Shown here one piece after another: positions 14,987-25,628 of a DNA stretch of 64,000 bases. Position 1 is the first letter of the stretch, and the number at the start of each line of letters is the position of its first letter. The translations under genes were made by a program, and so were the position numbers. Source of the stretch: a virus. The stretch lies in the IMG/VR virus record IMGVR_UViG_3300045988_169460; one strand, written 5' to 3'. A model generated the notes under the pieces. The model was not told the DNA's origin. It did not search any database and saw only the letters and a program-made list of their open reading frames with translations.

Positions 14987-15426
14987 TAGTAACAAAAGCA
15001 CAGGCAAAGAAGTTATTTGGTGGAGCAATAGTAACTTCTGATAAAAGTGGTATTGTAAAGTCAACAGAAGATTACAGTAAGTTTAAATCTAATGATTGGA
15101 TAAAATATTTTTCAGATAAAGCAAAAGAACATGGCGTAAAATATCAAGTTGTAAAATATAAAGATACCTCTGTAATAAAATCATTAATGGCTACATATCC
15201 AAGTAATGAAATAAAAAAGATAATTGATTTTCTTTGGGATTCAGATTATCGCTTTAAAGTTGGTGGTAGAGAAAAAACTTTTATGGAATATGGCATTTAT
15301 TTAATGTCTAATGCTTGGTTAAGTAGTTATTATAATTTAGCAGTAGCTTATACAGGAGAGAGCTTAACTCCCAAGCGAGGCTGGAAAGAGGAGACTAAGA
15401 ATGGTGGGATAGAAATTGACATCTGA
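14983..15426 (+). CDS. hypothetical protein
   Basis: ATGA overlap with the upstream gene. Confidence 0.45.
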   Translation: MIVTKAQAKKLFGGAIVTSDKSGIVKSTEDYSKFKSNDWIKYFSDKAKEHGVKYQVVKYKDTSVIKSLMATYPSNEIKKIIDFLWDSDYRFKVGGREKTFMEYGIYLMSNAWLSSYYNLAVAYTGESLTPKRGWKEETKNGGIEIDI

Positions 15427-16045
15427 TTTACCAACAAGAGAAGGAAAAATGCGGGAATACATAAGTAAAGAATCCTTGTATTTAATGGGGATACCTAGTG
15501 GATATCAGGGAAAATTTTTATCTGATTATCATTTTGCTGAACCTAAATTAAAGAGTATTATACAAGGTTATGTAACTAATCCTAGAGATATGTTAAATGA
15601 TTGTGTTAATCTTTTATTTAGGGGGCAAAATGGAGCTGGAAAGAGCTTTTTAGCTTCTATTATTCTACAAGAGTTATATATTCGTTATTATTCAGGATAT
15701 TTAACTACTTTTAATGAGATTATAAGAAAAACTTATAGCCAACAAGATGTAAGTTCCGTATATGATTCAGAATTTCTAGTAATAGATGAATTAGGGGCAG
15801 AAGTAGATACAGCAAAGGGAGCAGAAAAAGCTTTATTAGAAAATATATTAAAGATTAGAGATACAAAGGGATTACCAACAATAATCTGTACTAATTTAAA
15901 ATCAGAAGAGTTAACTAATAGATATGGTTATACTATTGATAGTATGCTAAATCTTTTTATTCAGGTTACATTTACTACTAATGATGGTAGAAGAGAAGCC
16001 TTTAGAAATAAAGATGCTATAAAGAAATTAAGACAGGGGGGATAA
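15416..16045 (+). CDS. DnaC/IstB-like AAA+ helicase loader
   Basis: Walker A GQNGAGKSFL, Walker B FLVIDELG. The start codon is uncertain. Confidence 0.6.
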   Translation: MTSDLPTREGKMREYISKESLYLMGIPSGYQGKFLSDYHFAEPKLKSIIQGYVTNPRDMLNDCVNLLFRGQNGAGKSFLASIILQELYIRYYSGYLTTFNEIIRKTYSQQDVSSVYDSEFLVIDELGAEVDTAKGAEKALLENILKIRDTKGLPTIICTNLKSEELTNRYGYTIDSMLNLFIQVTFTTNDGRREAFRNKDAIKKLRQGG

Positions 16046-16046
16046 T

Positions 16047-16226
16047 ATGGATTTAGAAAATGTAAAAAATGATTGTTGCATTAATTGCAGTTCTGTAGAA
16101 GTATTTGCATATGTAGAGCATGACCATTTACCTTTATGTAGGAATTGTTATAAATTATATGATAAAAATGAAATTAATGCTGGACAATTAAGGGAGAAAA
16201 GACGTGAAAAGAGGGCAGTTAACTAA
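16047..16226 (+). CDS. small zinc-ribbon protein (59 aa)
   Basis: CCINC...LCRNC. ATG 2 nt after the upstream stop. Below the track cutoff. Confidence 0.4.
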   Translation: MDLENVKNDCCINCSSVEVFAYVEHDHLPLCRNCYKLYDKNEINAGQLREKRREKRAVN

Positions 16227-16614
16227 TCAATCTCTTCCAATTATCGCCTTTAATTTAGAGAGTTGTTTTTTTAATAATAAAACAACATTCGTTAACGAAT
16301 TATTTAAAGACAAATATGAAATTTTAGGAATGCAGTATAACCCTCAACATTTAGATACTATTATGAAGATTTGGAAAAGTGGGAAATACTCAATTCATTT
16401 AGTAACTTATAAAGACCCTAAAGAGTGGAAAGAACTTGAAGGATTTTTATTTGAAAAGTATTTATATTTTAATAATTTAGAATTCATTGAAGGTTTTAAA
16501 GAATTGAAGAGGTTTTGTGAATTAAAATATCTTTATTATGTAGATGATGGGGATAAATTATTTTTACCTAAGAACGCTGTGTCTATGCAAGAGTTTTTAG
16601 GGGTGATGAAATGA
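16204..16614 (+). CDS. hypothetical protein
   Basis: ORF track. Confidence 0.4.
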   Translation: MKRGQLTNQSLPIIAFNLESCFFNNKTTFVNELFKDKYEILGMQYNPQHLDTIMKIWKSGKYSIHLVTYKDPKEWKELEGFLFEKYLYFNNLEFIEGFKELKRFCELKYLYYVDDGDKLFLPKNAVSMQEFLGVMK

Positions 16615-17162
16615 GTGTAGATTCTAATTTTATTTTAAAATTATTAGAAACTAAGGATTGGAAAACAGTAGCAGAAAAAAGAATATCAGCTAAGTTTTTT
16701 AATCCAGCTTATAAAAGAGTATTTAATTATATTTCAGACTTTAAAATTAAATATGGAGATATTCCTAGCACGGAATCATTAAAATCAAGATTTCCAGAAC
16801 TTGATTTTAATGGAAGGGTAACAGAGCCATTTGAATTTTATTGCGATGAGTTAAGAAATAAAGTTAAACACAATTTGTTAAGGGATACAATACTTTCTGT
16901 GCAAACAGATATAAACTCATTAAATACAGAAGAAGCAGTTAAGAAGTTACAGAAATTAATACAAAATATTGATTCTGAAATTGTTCTTAATGATACCTGT
17001 AAAATAGGTGAAAGAACAGAAGAGCGTTTTGAGCAGTATAAAGAGCGGCAAAAAACAGGGGGCATTTCTGGCATGCCTATAGGCTTATTGCCTATTGATA
17101 AACAAATAGGTGGCGTAAAAGAATTAGACCTTATAACTTTTTTAGGATACACAGGAACTGGT
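16611..17162 (+). CDS. dnaB: DnaB-like replicative helicase, exon 1
   Basis: Ends GYTGTG inside the Walker A motif. The exon ends with U, as expected for a group I 5' splice site. Confidence 0.65.
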
Positions 17163-18177
17163 AAATTAATATGGACTTAAAAGATAAAAAAATAGTAGGA
17201 TTGGAGCTTTATAAAAGTGGGATGTCATTAACAGAAATATCTAAGAAATTAAAAATTAGCAGAAAAACTATTACAAAATATGTAAAAGAGAGTGGTATAA
17301 AGATAGAAAAAAACGTACATAAATATTTTATAAATTCAAGCTATTTTAAAGTTATTGATAGCGAAGCTAAAGCTTATTTTCTTGGGTTATTTATGGCTGA
17401 TGGATGCGTTATCAAAAGAAAATCTTATGTTTTTGAGATTACCTTAAAAAGCGAAGATGCTTATATTTTAGAAGCATTTTTGCAGGATGCTAAAGGAACT
17501 TATTTAATAAAAGATAAGGTTGTTAAATATAGAAATAATAATGTTATATATAAAAGATTAATTATTAGTGATTCAGAATTTTGTCGAAATTTAATTAAGC
17601 AAGGAGTAGTTCCTAATAAAAGCTTAATTGCTAATCCCCCACTTTTAAATGATAAATATAAAAGACATTTTATAAGAGGCTTATTAGATGGGGATGGGCA
17701 TTATTCTAAATCACGAAGAAGAATAACATTAACTACTACTTATAATTTATTAAAGTATGTTTTACAAGCATTTAATGCTGATATTTCTTTAATACATCTC
17801 AAAAATAATATTGCTTATTTTGATATTTCTAAAAACTATTATTTAATTATCATCTATTTATATTTTAATGCACATTATTATATTAATAGAAAACGAGAGT
17901 CTATTCTTGCCGTCTTACATAGATACGGTAAAGATATGTAAGATTACGAGGGGGCAAAATCGGTAAAAGCTGTAAAATGCTAATACCGAGGTAACTGGAT
18001 AATCCAGCACCGTAACGCATAGAGATTGGAATAATATCTCCACGAGTGTCCTCCACATACCGTACACTTTTGTGGAAGTGAAAATATATGCTATACTGGA
18101 ATGGAATTGACCATTCGATGAAAATGAAGGAAACTTCCAGAGCTACAGATAAAAAGCTGTAGGTTAATAACAATTAG
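17163..18177 (+). mobile_element. intron (group-I-like) carrying a homing endonuclease, inserted in the dnaB Walker A codons
   Basis: Joining 17162 to 18178 restores GYTGTG-KTWLLCIIAVAMAK... (GxxGxGKT). The last intron nucleotide is G. About 240 nt of non-coding sequence follows the endonuclease ORF. Confidence 0.6.
17171..17941 (+). CDS. LAGLIDADG homing endonuclease with N-terminal HTH
   Basis: Two LAGLIDADG motifs: FLGLFMADGCV and FIRGLLDGDGHY. It lies in a different frame from the dnaB exons. Confidence 0.8.
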   Translation: MDLKDKKIVGLELYKSGMSLTEISKKLKISRKTITKYVKESGIKIEKNVHKYFINSSYFKVIDSEAKAYFLGLFMADGCVIKRKSYVFEITLKSEDAYILEAFLQDAKGTYLIKDKVVKYRNNNVIYKRLIISDSEFCRNLIKQGVVPNKSLIANPPLLNDKYKRHFIRGLLDGDGHYSKSRRRITLTTTYNLLKYVLQAFNADISLIHLKNNIAYFDISKNYYLIIIYLYFNAHYYINRKRESILAVLHRYGKDM

Positions 18178-18873
18178 AAAACGTGGCTCCTGTGTATTAT
18201 TGCCGTAGCAATGGCGAAAATGGGATATAAAGTTTTATTCCTAACAAAAGAAATGTTGCCATCTCAATTAATAGATAGAATTGATGCTATATGGTCGGGT
18301 ATAAGTTATTCTCGTATTAAAGATGGTCAATTAGCACCACAAGAAGAAGAAAGATATCATAAGTATCTTTTAGAAGAAGCTCCAAAATATAAAGATAAAT
18401 TAATTGTTGAATTAATTGAAGGTGGTGTAATATCTTGTGGAAGTTCTATTGATTTACATAGACCTGATGTTTGTTTAATTGATGGTGGCTACTTAATGGC
18501 AGATGATTCTGAGGATGACGATTGGAGGGGCATTCTAGAAGTATGGCGAGGATTTAAAGCATTAGCCAGAAACAGAAAGGTTCCAATTCTTTGTACTTCA
18601 CAGTTAAAAGGAGAAACTGCAACATTAAGTAATATTTCTTATGTTAAGGCACTTGCCCAAGATTGTGATGCTGTTTATGGATTAGAACAAGATAAAACAG
18701 ATAAAGCGGAAAAAGAAATAAAAATAGTAACTTTAAAAGTACGTGATGGCGAATGGAAACCGCCTTTTAAAATGAGTTGGGATTTTACTGAAATGAAACA
18801 TGATTTATTATATGTAGAAGAAGAGAAGAAGAGAACACCAATAGCGGTAAAACAAATACAAAGGATTGAGTAG
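18178..18873 (+). CDS. dnaB: DnaB-like replicative helicase, exon 2
   Basis: The frame is open from 18178. RecA-like core motifs are present (LIDGGYLM, TSQLKG). Confidence 0.65.
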   Translation, partial: KTWLLCIIAVAMAKMGYKVLFLTKEMLPSQLIDRIDAIWSGISYSRIKDGQLAPQEEERYHKYLLEEAPKYKDKLIVELIEGGVISCGSSIDLHRPDVCLIDGGYLMADDSEDDDWRGILEVWRGFKALARNRKVPILCTSQLKGETATLSNISYVKALAQDCDAVYGLEQDKTDKAEKEIKIVTLKVRDGEWKPPFKMSWDFTEMKHDLLYVEEEKKRTPIAVKQIQRIE

Positions 18874-18874
18874 T

Positions 18875-19846
18875 ATGAGAGTAGAAGAACTTTTAACTGT
18901 ATGCGAAGTATTAAATATAAAGAATATTAAAATAGTAGGTAATGATATTATGGCATCTTGTTGCTTTCATCGAGATACACGTCCTTCTTTTGGTTTAAAT
19001 GCTGAAAAGGGATGTTACCATTGTTTTGGTTGTGGTGAAAGTGGGACAATAGTTGGTTTAATAGCAAAGTGTCTAAATATCTCTTATGCCGAAGCAAGAA
19101 TAAAGCTTGATGAAATAATTGGAGAACAAGCGCAAAAGGTTGAAGAAGTTCCTTTACGAGAATATGAAGAAGTTCCTGAGCAGAAAGAAAGATTTGTTTT
19201 ATCTAATTCTTCATTAGGGGCATTTCAAAGTGGGCAAATATTTCATAAATATTTTATTGACCGAGGATTCAGCCAAGAAGACCAGCAAAGATTTTTATTT
19301 GGCTGGGATGCACAAAAGAAACGAGTTACTATTCCAGTATTTTGGGAAGATAGTTCATTATGTGGTTTTATAGGAAGGGCAGTATTAAATGATAAAACGC
19401 CAGAATATGCAAATGTATATGGCAAAGCTCCTAAATACTATGTATATGACAATTTTCCACGTTCGGGAATTTTATTTCCCTTGAATTTGTTCAGACCTGT
19501 TAATGATTCTGTTATTTTAGTAGAGGGAGTATTAGATGCTTTGTGGTTACAAAAACACGGTTATGCTAATACTTTAGCTATGTTAACTTGCAGTATTTCA
19601 GAGGCTCAAATTTCACTTCTGAGGAGTTTTAATATCAAAAAGGTAATATTAGCCTTAGACGGAGATAAAGCTGGTCAGAGTGGCTGTAAACGCATATATG
19701 ACCTATGTAAAGATGAGTTTATATTCAGTATTGTAAATTACCCTGAAAATTGTAAAGATGTTCAAGATATGAATAAAGAACAATTAGATTATATGTTTAA
19801 TAATTTAGAGATGTATCCAAGATTAAAATTAAGAAAAATAGAATAG
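18875..19846 (+). CDS. dnaG: DNA primase (DnaG-type)
   Basis: CHC2 zinc finger CCFHRDTRPSF...CFGCGESG, and TOPRIM motifs EGVLDALW and DGDKAG. Confidence 0.8.
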   Translation: MRVEELLTVCEVLNIKNIKIVGNDIMASCCFHRDTRPSFGLNAEKGCYHCFGCGESGTIVGLIAKCLNISYAEARIKLDEIIGEQAQKVEEVPLREYEEVPEQKERFVLSNSSLGAFQSGQIFHKYFIDRGFSQEDQQRFLFGWDAQKKRVTIPVFWEDSSLCGFIGRAVLNDKTPEYANVYGKAPKYYVYDNFPRSGILFPLNLFRPVNDSVILVEGVLDALWLQKHGYANTLAMLTCSISEAQISLLRSFNIKKVILALDGDKAGQSGCKRIYDLCKDEFIFSIVNYPENCKDVQDMNKEQLDYMFNNLEMYPRLKLRKIE

Positions 19847-19857
19847 GAGAAAAAAGA

Positions 19858-20586
19858 ATGGTAGCTTCAATTTTTAAAAGAGGATTTCAAGCAAGAACAG
19901 AGGTAGAAAAGACCACTAAAAAAGGTGGCTATATTAAAGATTATTTTTTAACAGTGAGAGATGCCGCAGATGCGCCAGTTAGATTTTTAACTGATGAGCC
20001 AATTAGTTTTTGGAGCCATAATGTCCAAGAAGGTGGTAGATATAATAATTATGCTTGTACATGTGAACCTGATTGTCCATTATGTCAAGCTGGTGTACCT
20101 AGAAGCTTTAAATCAGCTTATTTAGTTGTAGATGGTAGACAAGGTAGCTATATTAGCAAAAAGACAGGTGAAAAAGTAGAGTTTGATAAAGCAGTTGCTG
20201 TTCTTTTAAGAGGAAATGATTGTGGTATTATTGAACGTAATAGACAGCGTTATGGGTTGTTAGATGCACCCTATTATGCAACTCGTATGGGACAGAAACC
20301 TAGTATTTCTTATTTGTTTGACAAAGCAGGAGCAGAGATTTTTACAAAATATCCATATTTAGATAAAGATATTTTTGCTATTGGGGAGTTAAATGAAGCG
20401 GCTAAAGAAAAAATCCAGGAATTAATTCCTGATAAATATAGAGGACTTGATTATTACGAAATTATTGAAAAGAAATTCCCATTTTACGGTGTTGAAGACA
20501 CCTCTTTTGATACAACAACACTTGTAGAGCCTGAGCCTATTCGTCCAGCAGGGCTTAATAGAGTTTTGGTAAGGGAAGTGGATTAA
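19858..20586 (+). CDS. ssDNA-binding protein, T4 gp32-like
   Basis: VRFLTDEP...H...YACTCEPDCPLCQ...SAYLVVD parallels gp32 IRFLPS...H...C...CPVCQ...ANILVV. Confidence 0.55.
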   Translation: MVASIFKRGFQARTEVEKTTKKGGYIKDYFLTVRDAADAPVRFLTDEPISFWSHNVQEGGRYNNYACTCEPDCPLCQAGVPRSFKSAYLVVDGRQGSYISKKTGEKVEFDKAVAVLLRGNDCGIIERNRQRYGLLDAPYYATRMGQKPSISYLFDKAGAEIFTKYPYLDKDIFAIGELNEAAKEKIQELIPDKYRGLDYYEIIEKKFPFYGVEDTSFDTTTLVEPEPIRPAGLNRVLVREVD

Positions 20587-20987
20587 TGGATAAATGGTCT
20601 CAAAAAGCATTAGATTCTTGTATGAAGTATTGGCAGAAAATTTTAGGACTTAGTCATTGGGATATAGTTATTACATATGCAAATAATAGGGATATTGAAT
20701 ATTTATTGGGCTACCCAGCATTAGCAAGTATTTCTTCTAGCCCTTCTATGGAGAGGGCAATAATTCGGATAAACAGTAATCCTGAGCTTGACGAAGATGC
20801 TATTATAAATGGCAGTGATGATGTTGAGTGGAGTATACTTCACGAATTATTGCATCTTTATTACCTAGATTTACATATAAATAAAGAAGATAAAGCACAA
20901 ACAGAATTGATAGAAAAAATTATCAATAAGACTTGTAAGGCATTATTGACTACAGGAAGGTTTAGAAATGGGCGCAATAGCAGATAG
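20586..20987 (+). CDS. putative zinc metallopeptidase-like protein
   Basis: HExxH motif (ILHELLH). Confidence 0.3.
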   Translation: MDKWSQKALDSCMKYWQKILGLSHWDIVITYANNRDIEYLLGYPALASISSSPSMERAIIRINSNPELDEDAIINGSDDVEWSILHELLHLYYLDLHINKEDKAQTELIEKIINKTCKALLTTGRFRNGRNSR

Positions 20988-21258
20988 ACAAACTTTAATT
21001 AATAAAATAGCAGAACAAAATAATATTACTTCAACAGAGGCAAATAATATTATTAAGATGTTTTGTAAAGGTGTAGAAGGAGTTTTAGAAGAATATGCTG
21101 GATTAGTTTTGCCTAGATATTTTTCTTTAGTATCTAGACAACAAGATATAAAAACTTCTTATAACATTCATACTAAGACTTTTCAAGATAGAAAACCTTT
21201 TAACAGGTTTATTTTTAAGCCAAGTAAAAAATGGAAGAAGTTAATTAATAAGGAGTGA
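20968..21258 (+). CDS. HU/IHF-like DNA-binding protein
   Basis: N-terminal ...QTLINKIAEQNNITSTEANNIIKMF... and a length typical of the HU family. Confidence 0.5.
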   Translation: MGAIADRQTLINKIAEQNNITSTEANNIIKMFCKGVEGVLEEYAGLVLPRYFSLVSRQQDIKTSYNIHTKTFQDRKPFNRFIFKPSKKWKKLINKE

Positions 21259-21262
21259 TTAT

Positions 21263-22927
21263 TTGTTTCATCAAAGATTCTTTAAATTAACTATTGTCAA
21301 TAAAGAGAATGTTGATAGATTTTTTGAGGAATATGAACGAGCGAAACAAATTTTCTTTGACTTTGAAACTTCTGGATTAGATGTAAGATATAAGGGGAAA
21401 GATTATGCAGTAGGATTAACAATAGCCTTTGAAGATAGTGTCAGTAAGGAAGTATATTATATTCCTTTCAGGCACTATTTTGAAGGTAGCTATATTGGTT
21501 GTGGGAGACTTGATTACCGTAAAAACACTGCGGTTTTTGATGATGCCAAAAATTTTCCTGATTTTTTACCAGAAAAGTTTTCAGGAGAATATTATAATAT
21601 GGATATTGTTGATTTTATGGAACGATTGAAGCCTTTAATGGAAAATGGTGGGAAAGAGTATATAGCCCATCATATTTCATTTGACTTACATTTATTTGCA
21701 AATGAAGGTGTAGATATAGTAAAAGTGTTTGAAACAAATACTTTTACTGATACACAAATAGCTGTACATACTTTAGATGAAGAACAAGAGAAGAATTTAG
21801 AAGCAGTAACTGAAACAATTTTCTCTGTAAAAAAATCTCATTTTAAAGATACTATTATGACAGTTACTAAAGAGGAAAAGAAACTTTTGGGATTAGCTTC
21901 TAATAGTAATGCTAGTTTTCAACACGTTCAGATTCCAATAGGAGCACAATATTCAGCAGAAGATGTATATTTTATGAAAGAAATGTATGAACCAATTCTT
22001 AATGCGTTAAGAGAAGATGGTGGTTACGAATATTTTAGAGAAGTACGAATGCCATATATGAAAGTTTTGTGGAAAATGGAACGTAATGGAATCAAAGTTG
22101 ACATAGAAAAACTTGAAGGTATGATAAAATTAGCAGAAGAAAAATTGGAAGAATTAACATACAAAATATATGAAGTAGTAGGAGCTAAATTTAATATTAA
22201 TAGTGGTCAACAACTGTTTGAAATATTATATGGTTTTAAAAAGAAATTAAAGGATAGGAAAACAGGGGAATATAGAGAATCTTTTAATGAGGATTTAGTA
22301 GCATTAAATTTTGGTTTTCAGCCTATAGCATGGACAGATGGTGGAAAATCAAGAGATATAGCATTAAGAACGCCAAAGACAGATAAAGATGCATTAAAAA
22401 AATTATTAAGACAAACTCCTAAAAGAGAAGATGGGCATAAATTAATTAAACTTCTACAAGATTATTTTAAATTAACAAAATTGTATACAGCATTTATGCT
22501 AGGTATAAAAGAAAAAATGTATTGTGATGGAAAAGTACATCCAAGCTTCAACCAAAATGGAACATCATCATTTAGGTTAAGTTGTTCTGAACCGAACTAC
22601 CAACAGCTTCCTAAGCCTTTAGAAGAGCCTAAAGATGGTGAAGATAGAAGTTACTATGATTTTTGGATACAATTTGAAATAAGAAGTTTAATGATAGCTG
22701 ATAATGAAGATGAAGTAATTGTTGCGGCAGATTATCATGCTCTGGAAAAGTTTTTAACAGCACATTTTTCAAAAGACCCATTGTTGATTAAAATGCTAAA
22801 AGAGAAACTTGACCCACATGGGACAGTAGCAACTATTATTTTTCCAGAATTAGCAGATGCAGACCCAAATTCAATTAAGAAATTAGCACCACATAAAAGA
22901 AATGTGGCTAAGACTGTAGGTTTCGCT
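21263..22927 (+). CDS. polA: family-A DNA polymerase, exon 1 (3'-5' exonuclease domain and N-terminal half of the polymerase domain)
   Basis: ExoI FDFETSGL and motif A-region ADYHALE. It ends KRNVAKTVGFA within motif B. TTG start after AAGGAG. Confidence 0.75.
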
Positions 22928-23135
22928 CAAATCTAGGGTGAAGTAAAATCCCTCTCAAAACGGTGAAAGCCTAACAGGTCAATACCGTGCCGAACTCTGT
23001 GAAAACAGCGGTGTAGAGACTTATAATGTATCGGCTATGTTTAAACATAAATCAATCGAATACATTTAATGGGGGATAGGAGCAAGCTCCTAAAGGTATA
23101 GTCCGACACTCTTGGCAACAGGAGAAAACAGAATG
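22928..23135 (+). mobile_element. small group-I-like intron 1 in polA
   Basis: Splicing 22927 to 23136 gives AKTVGFA-VDYGGSK (motif B K..NFG..YG). The core-like element AAGGUAUAGUCCGAC is present. U precedes the 5' splice site and the 3' terminal nucleotide is G. Confidence 0.6.
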
Positions 23136-23495
23136 GTAGATTATGGCGGTTCAAAAATAGCGGTAGCAAGAAATCTAGAAATAGATGAAAAGACCGCACA
23201 AGAATATATAGATAGGTATTTTGAAGGTTTTGCAGGATTAAAAAAATATGATAGAGATTTAATTCAATTTGCTAGAAAGAATGGTTATATAGAAACACTA
23301 TTTTCTGGGCATAAACGTCACTTGTGGGGGATAAATTCCCAAGATGGTAGAACACGCTCATACTATGAACGATTAGCAGTTAATTCAAAATCACAAGGGG
23401 CGGCGGCAGATTGCACAACATTAGCACAGATAGATGTGGATAATGATGTAGTATTAAAATCTATTGGTGCAAGACAAATACTTAATGTACACGAT
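23136..23495 (+). CDS. polA: family-A DNA polymerase, exon 2
   Basis: YGGSKIAVARNL...YIETLFSGHKRH...NSKSQGAAAD...ILNVHD. The last motif is motif C, interrupted after HD. Confidence 0.75.
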
Positions 23496-23812
23496 AAACT
23501 TTAGTCAAATAACTTGTCGTGTTTAAACTCTTCGATATGCTGGAACGCAAAAATACAGTATTACCAAAGAGTGACAATATACTGTATATCACGAAAGTGT
23601 GTAGCCAATCAGCAGGGAGGAAATGAGAGCATTTCACCCTCACAGACTAACAAAAGCATAGAATAGTAGGAACTGCACATTACTACTATTTGAGAAGTGA
23701 GTAGAGTACGGCTTTGTTGAGATACAAAGTGGGTTGACATCCTTAAATGGAAGCGGGGAGGCATAGTGCAGATGTATGATATAGTCGAGTGTGTTTTTAA
23801 GCATACGTTATG
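23496..23812 (+). mobile_element. group-I-like intron 2 in polA
   Basis: Splicing 23495 to 23813 gives NVHD-EIVMVCPK (HDE motif). GAUAUAGUCGAG element is present. U precedes the 5' splice site and the 3' terminal nucleotide is G. Confidence 0.6.
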
Positions 23813-23968
23813 GAGATAGTCATGGTATGTCCTAAAAAGTTTGCAAAATTATGCAAGCAGAGATTAACTTTTCATATGGAAAATTGTTTACCAAGTAGGG
23901 GCATAAATTTAACAATTCCATTGGAAGCAGTAGGAGATATAGGTAGAACTTATAGTGAAGCAAAATAA
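23813..23968 (+). CDS. polA: family-A DNA polymerase, exon 3
   Basis: Frame EIVMVCPKKFAKL...GRTYSEAK then stop. Confidence 0.65.
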   Translation, partial: EIVMVCPKKFAKLCKQRLTFHMENCLPSRGINLTIPLEAVGDIGRTYSEAK

Positions 23969-23971
23969 TGC

Positions 23972-24000
23972 TTGACAAAAATAAGATTATGTGGTATAAT
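23972..24000 (+). promoter_or_regulatory. sigma-A-type promoter (TTGACA-17-TGgTATAAT)
   Basis: Consensus boxes. It occupies the false N-terminus of track ORF 23968. Confidence 0.65.
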
Positions 24001-24015
24001 AAGGAGGTAAAGAAT

Positions 24016-24348
24016 ATGACAATTAAAGTGGGCGGACAGATGGTAGATGATTTAGTTTACAGAGGAGATGCTTCTGTTTCTAAAACATCTTTAGGTGAAT
24101 ATGAAGAAGTTTTAAAACTTTTAGAAGCACAAGTAGGGATGCTTGAAGACATAAATAATCGTTTACAAAAGTGTGTTGTTGGGGAGACCATTTCAGTTGA
24201 AAGTGTAGCCCCAGAAGGTTTAGTGCCAAATGTTCTTGGTATACGTTTAAGTAGATTAGAGGATAAGTTAGGTGCTGTTATTAGAGATTACTCTGATTGT
24301 GTTGATGTAATTGAAGAGAAACTAGGAAATATGACATTACAGGGGTGA
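24016..24348 (+). CDS. hypothetical protein
   Basis: ATG after AAGGAGG. Confidence 0.5.
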   Translation: MTIKVGGQMVDDLVYRGDASVSKTSLGEYEEVLKLLEAQVGMLEDINNRLQKCVVGETISVESVAPEGLVPNVLGIRLSRLEDKLGAVIRDYSDCVDVIEEKLGNMTLQG

Positions 24349-24352
24349 TACT

Positions 24353-25444
24353 TTGCCAGATTTAAAGCAATTAGTAAAGACTATAAATAAAGCGCATGGT
24401 AAGAACGCTATACGTTTAGGGGCAACTATTAAAGAGCAGATGTCCTATAAGATTTCAACAGGTAGTGTAGCTTTAGATTATGTAATTGGTGGTGGAGTAC
24501 CTTCTGGAAGATTAATAACTATTGCAGGAGCTTATTCTACTGGTAAATCGTTATTAGCTTATAAGATGATTGCTAATGCTCAAAAAATGAAAAAGAAACT
24601 TGTTACAGTTGATGGTGAAGATATAGAAATTGTAGCAGAAGATGGTGATATTCCTTTAACTTGTGCTTTGATACAAACAGAACAAGGTAGTCTTACAAAA
24701 GAATGGGCAATAGAAAATGGTATAGATTTAGAGTCACTTTTATTTTGTCAACCTGATGGAATGGAAGAAGCTTTAGATATAGCTATAGCCTTGCAGAGAG
24801 CAGGAGTAGAATTGATTGTTATTGATTCTTATGCCGCTTTACTACCTACTAAAGTATTAACTTCTGACTTTGATGAAAGCTATCAAATGGGAATCAAGCC
24901 TAAAATGTTAGGTGAGTATCATGGTAAATTTCAGTTGTTTAATAATGCATTAGAGCGAGAAGGAAAACTTCCTTCTACGGTTGTTGCAATTAATCAGTTG
25001 AGAGAGAAAATTGGCGTGATGTATGGAAGTCCAGAGTATACAACAGGTGGTAGAAGCACTGGATTTACAAATACTTTAGAGATTAGATTACGTATGGGTG
25101 ATACTATTGCAGTAGGTAGTGGAGAAACAAAAAGAATTGTAGGTAAGACAATCAAATTTAGAATCGAGAAAAATAAAGCTGGCGTTCCTTATGGAACAGG
25201 TGAGTATGATATTTATACAGACACTTGTGACTATATTCAAAGAGGGGATATTGATAACGAAAAAGCATTAATTATGATTGCAGTATTGTTAGGAATAGTT
25301 GAGCGCAGAGGTGGCTGGTATTACTATAATGGTGAGCAGTTATCACAGGGGCAAGATAATTTAATTAAATTATTGCGTTCTAACAGAGCTTTATTTGAAG
25401 AGATAAGGGAAAAGGTGTTAACATCAGATGAGCATATACAATAG
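24353..25444 (+). CDS. recA: RecA-family recombinase
   Basis: Walker A GAYSTGKS, VIDSYAALLP, NQLREKIGVMYGSPEYTTGG. Confidence 0.8.
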   Translation: MPDLKQLVKTINKAHGKNAIRLGATIKEQMSYKISTGSVALDYVIGGGVPSGRLITIAGAYSTGKSLLAYKMIANAQKMKKKLVTVDGEDIEIVAEDGDIPLTCALIQTEQGSLTKEWAIENGIDLESLLFCQPDGMEEALDIAIALQRAGVELIVIDSYAALLPTKVLTSDFDESYQMGIKPKMLGEYHGKFQLFNNALEREGKLPSTVVAINQLREKIGVMYGSPEYTTGGRSTGFTNTLEIRLRMGDTIAVGSGETKRIVGKTIKFRIEKNKAGVPYGTGEYDIYTDTCDYIQRGDIDNEKALIMIAVLLGIVERRGGWYYYNGEQLSQGQDNLIKLLRSNRALFEEIREKVLTSDEHIQ

Positions 25445-25628
25445 AGGCTATAACTCTTTTTTATATGATATTCTGGTAAGGCGAGGGTATTATACAGCTT
25501 CTTGTCATAATTGTTGGTTTTATGACAGAGGCTGTATTAATACAGATGTTACAGAGTATGATTTAATTAAGGGTGAAGAAACATATTGTATCTTTTGGAA
25601 GCCGCCACCAGTACAAGGGAATAGGTGA
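25428..25628 (+). CDS. small Cys-containing protein
   Basis: ORF track. Confidence 0.4.
   Translation: MSIYNRGYNSFLYDILVRRGYYTASCHNCWFYDRGCINTDVTEYDLIKGEETYCIFWKPPPVQGNR

Noticed and set aside
16611-18873. An intein in DnaB, considered because a LAGLIDADG domain sits at the Walker A site.
   Set aside because: The endonuclease ORF is in a different frame from the exons. The exon frame hits a stop at 17178-17180. About 240 nt of stop-rich non-coding sequence follows the endonuclease. An intron fits better.
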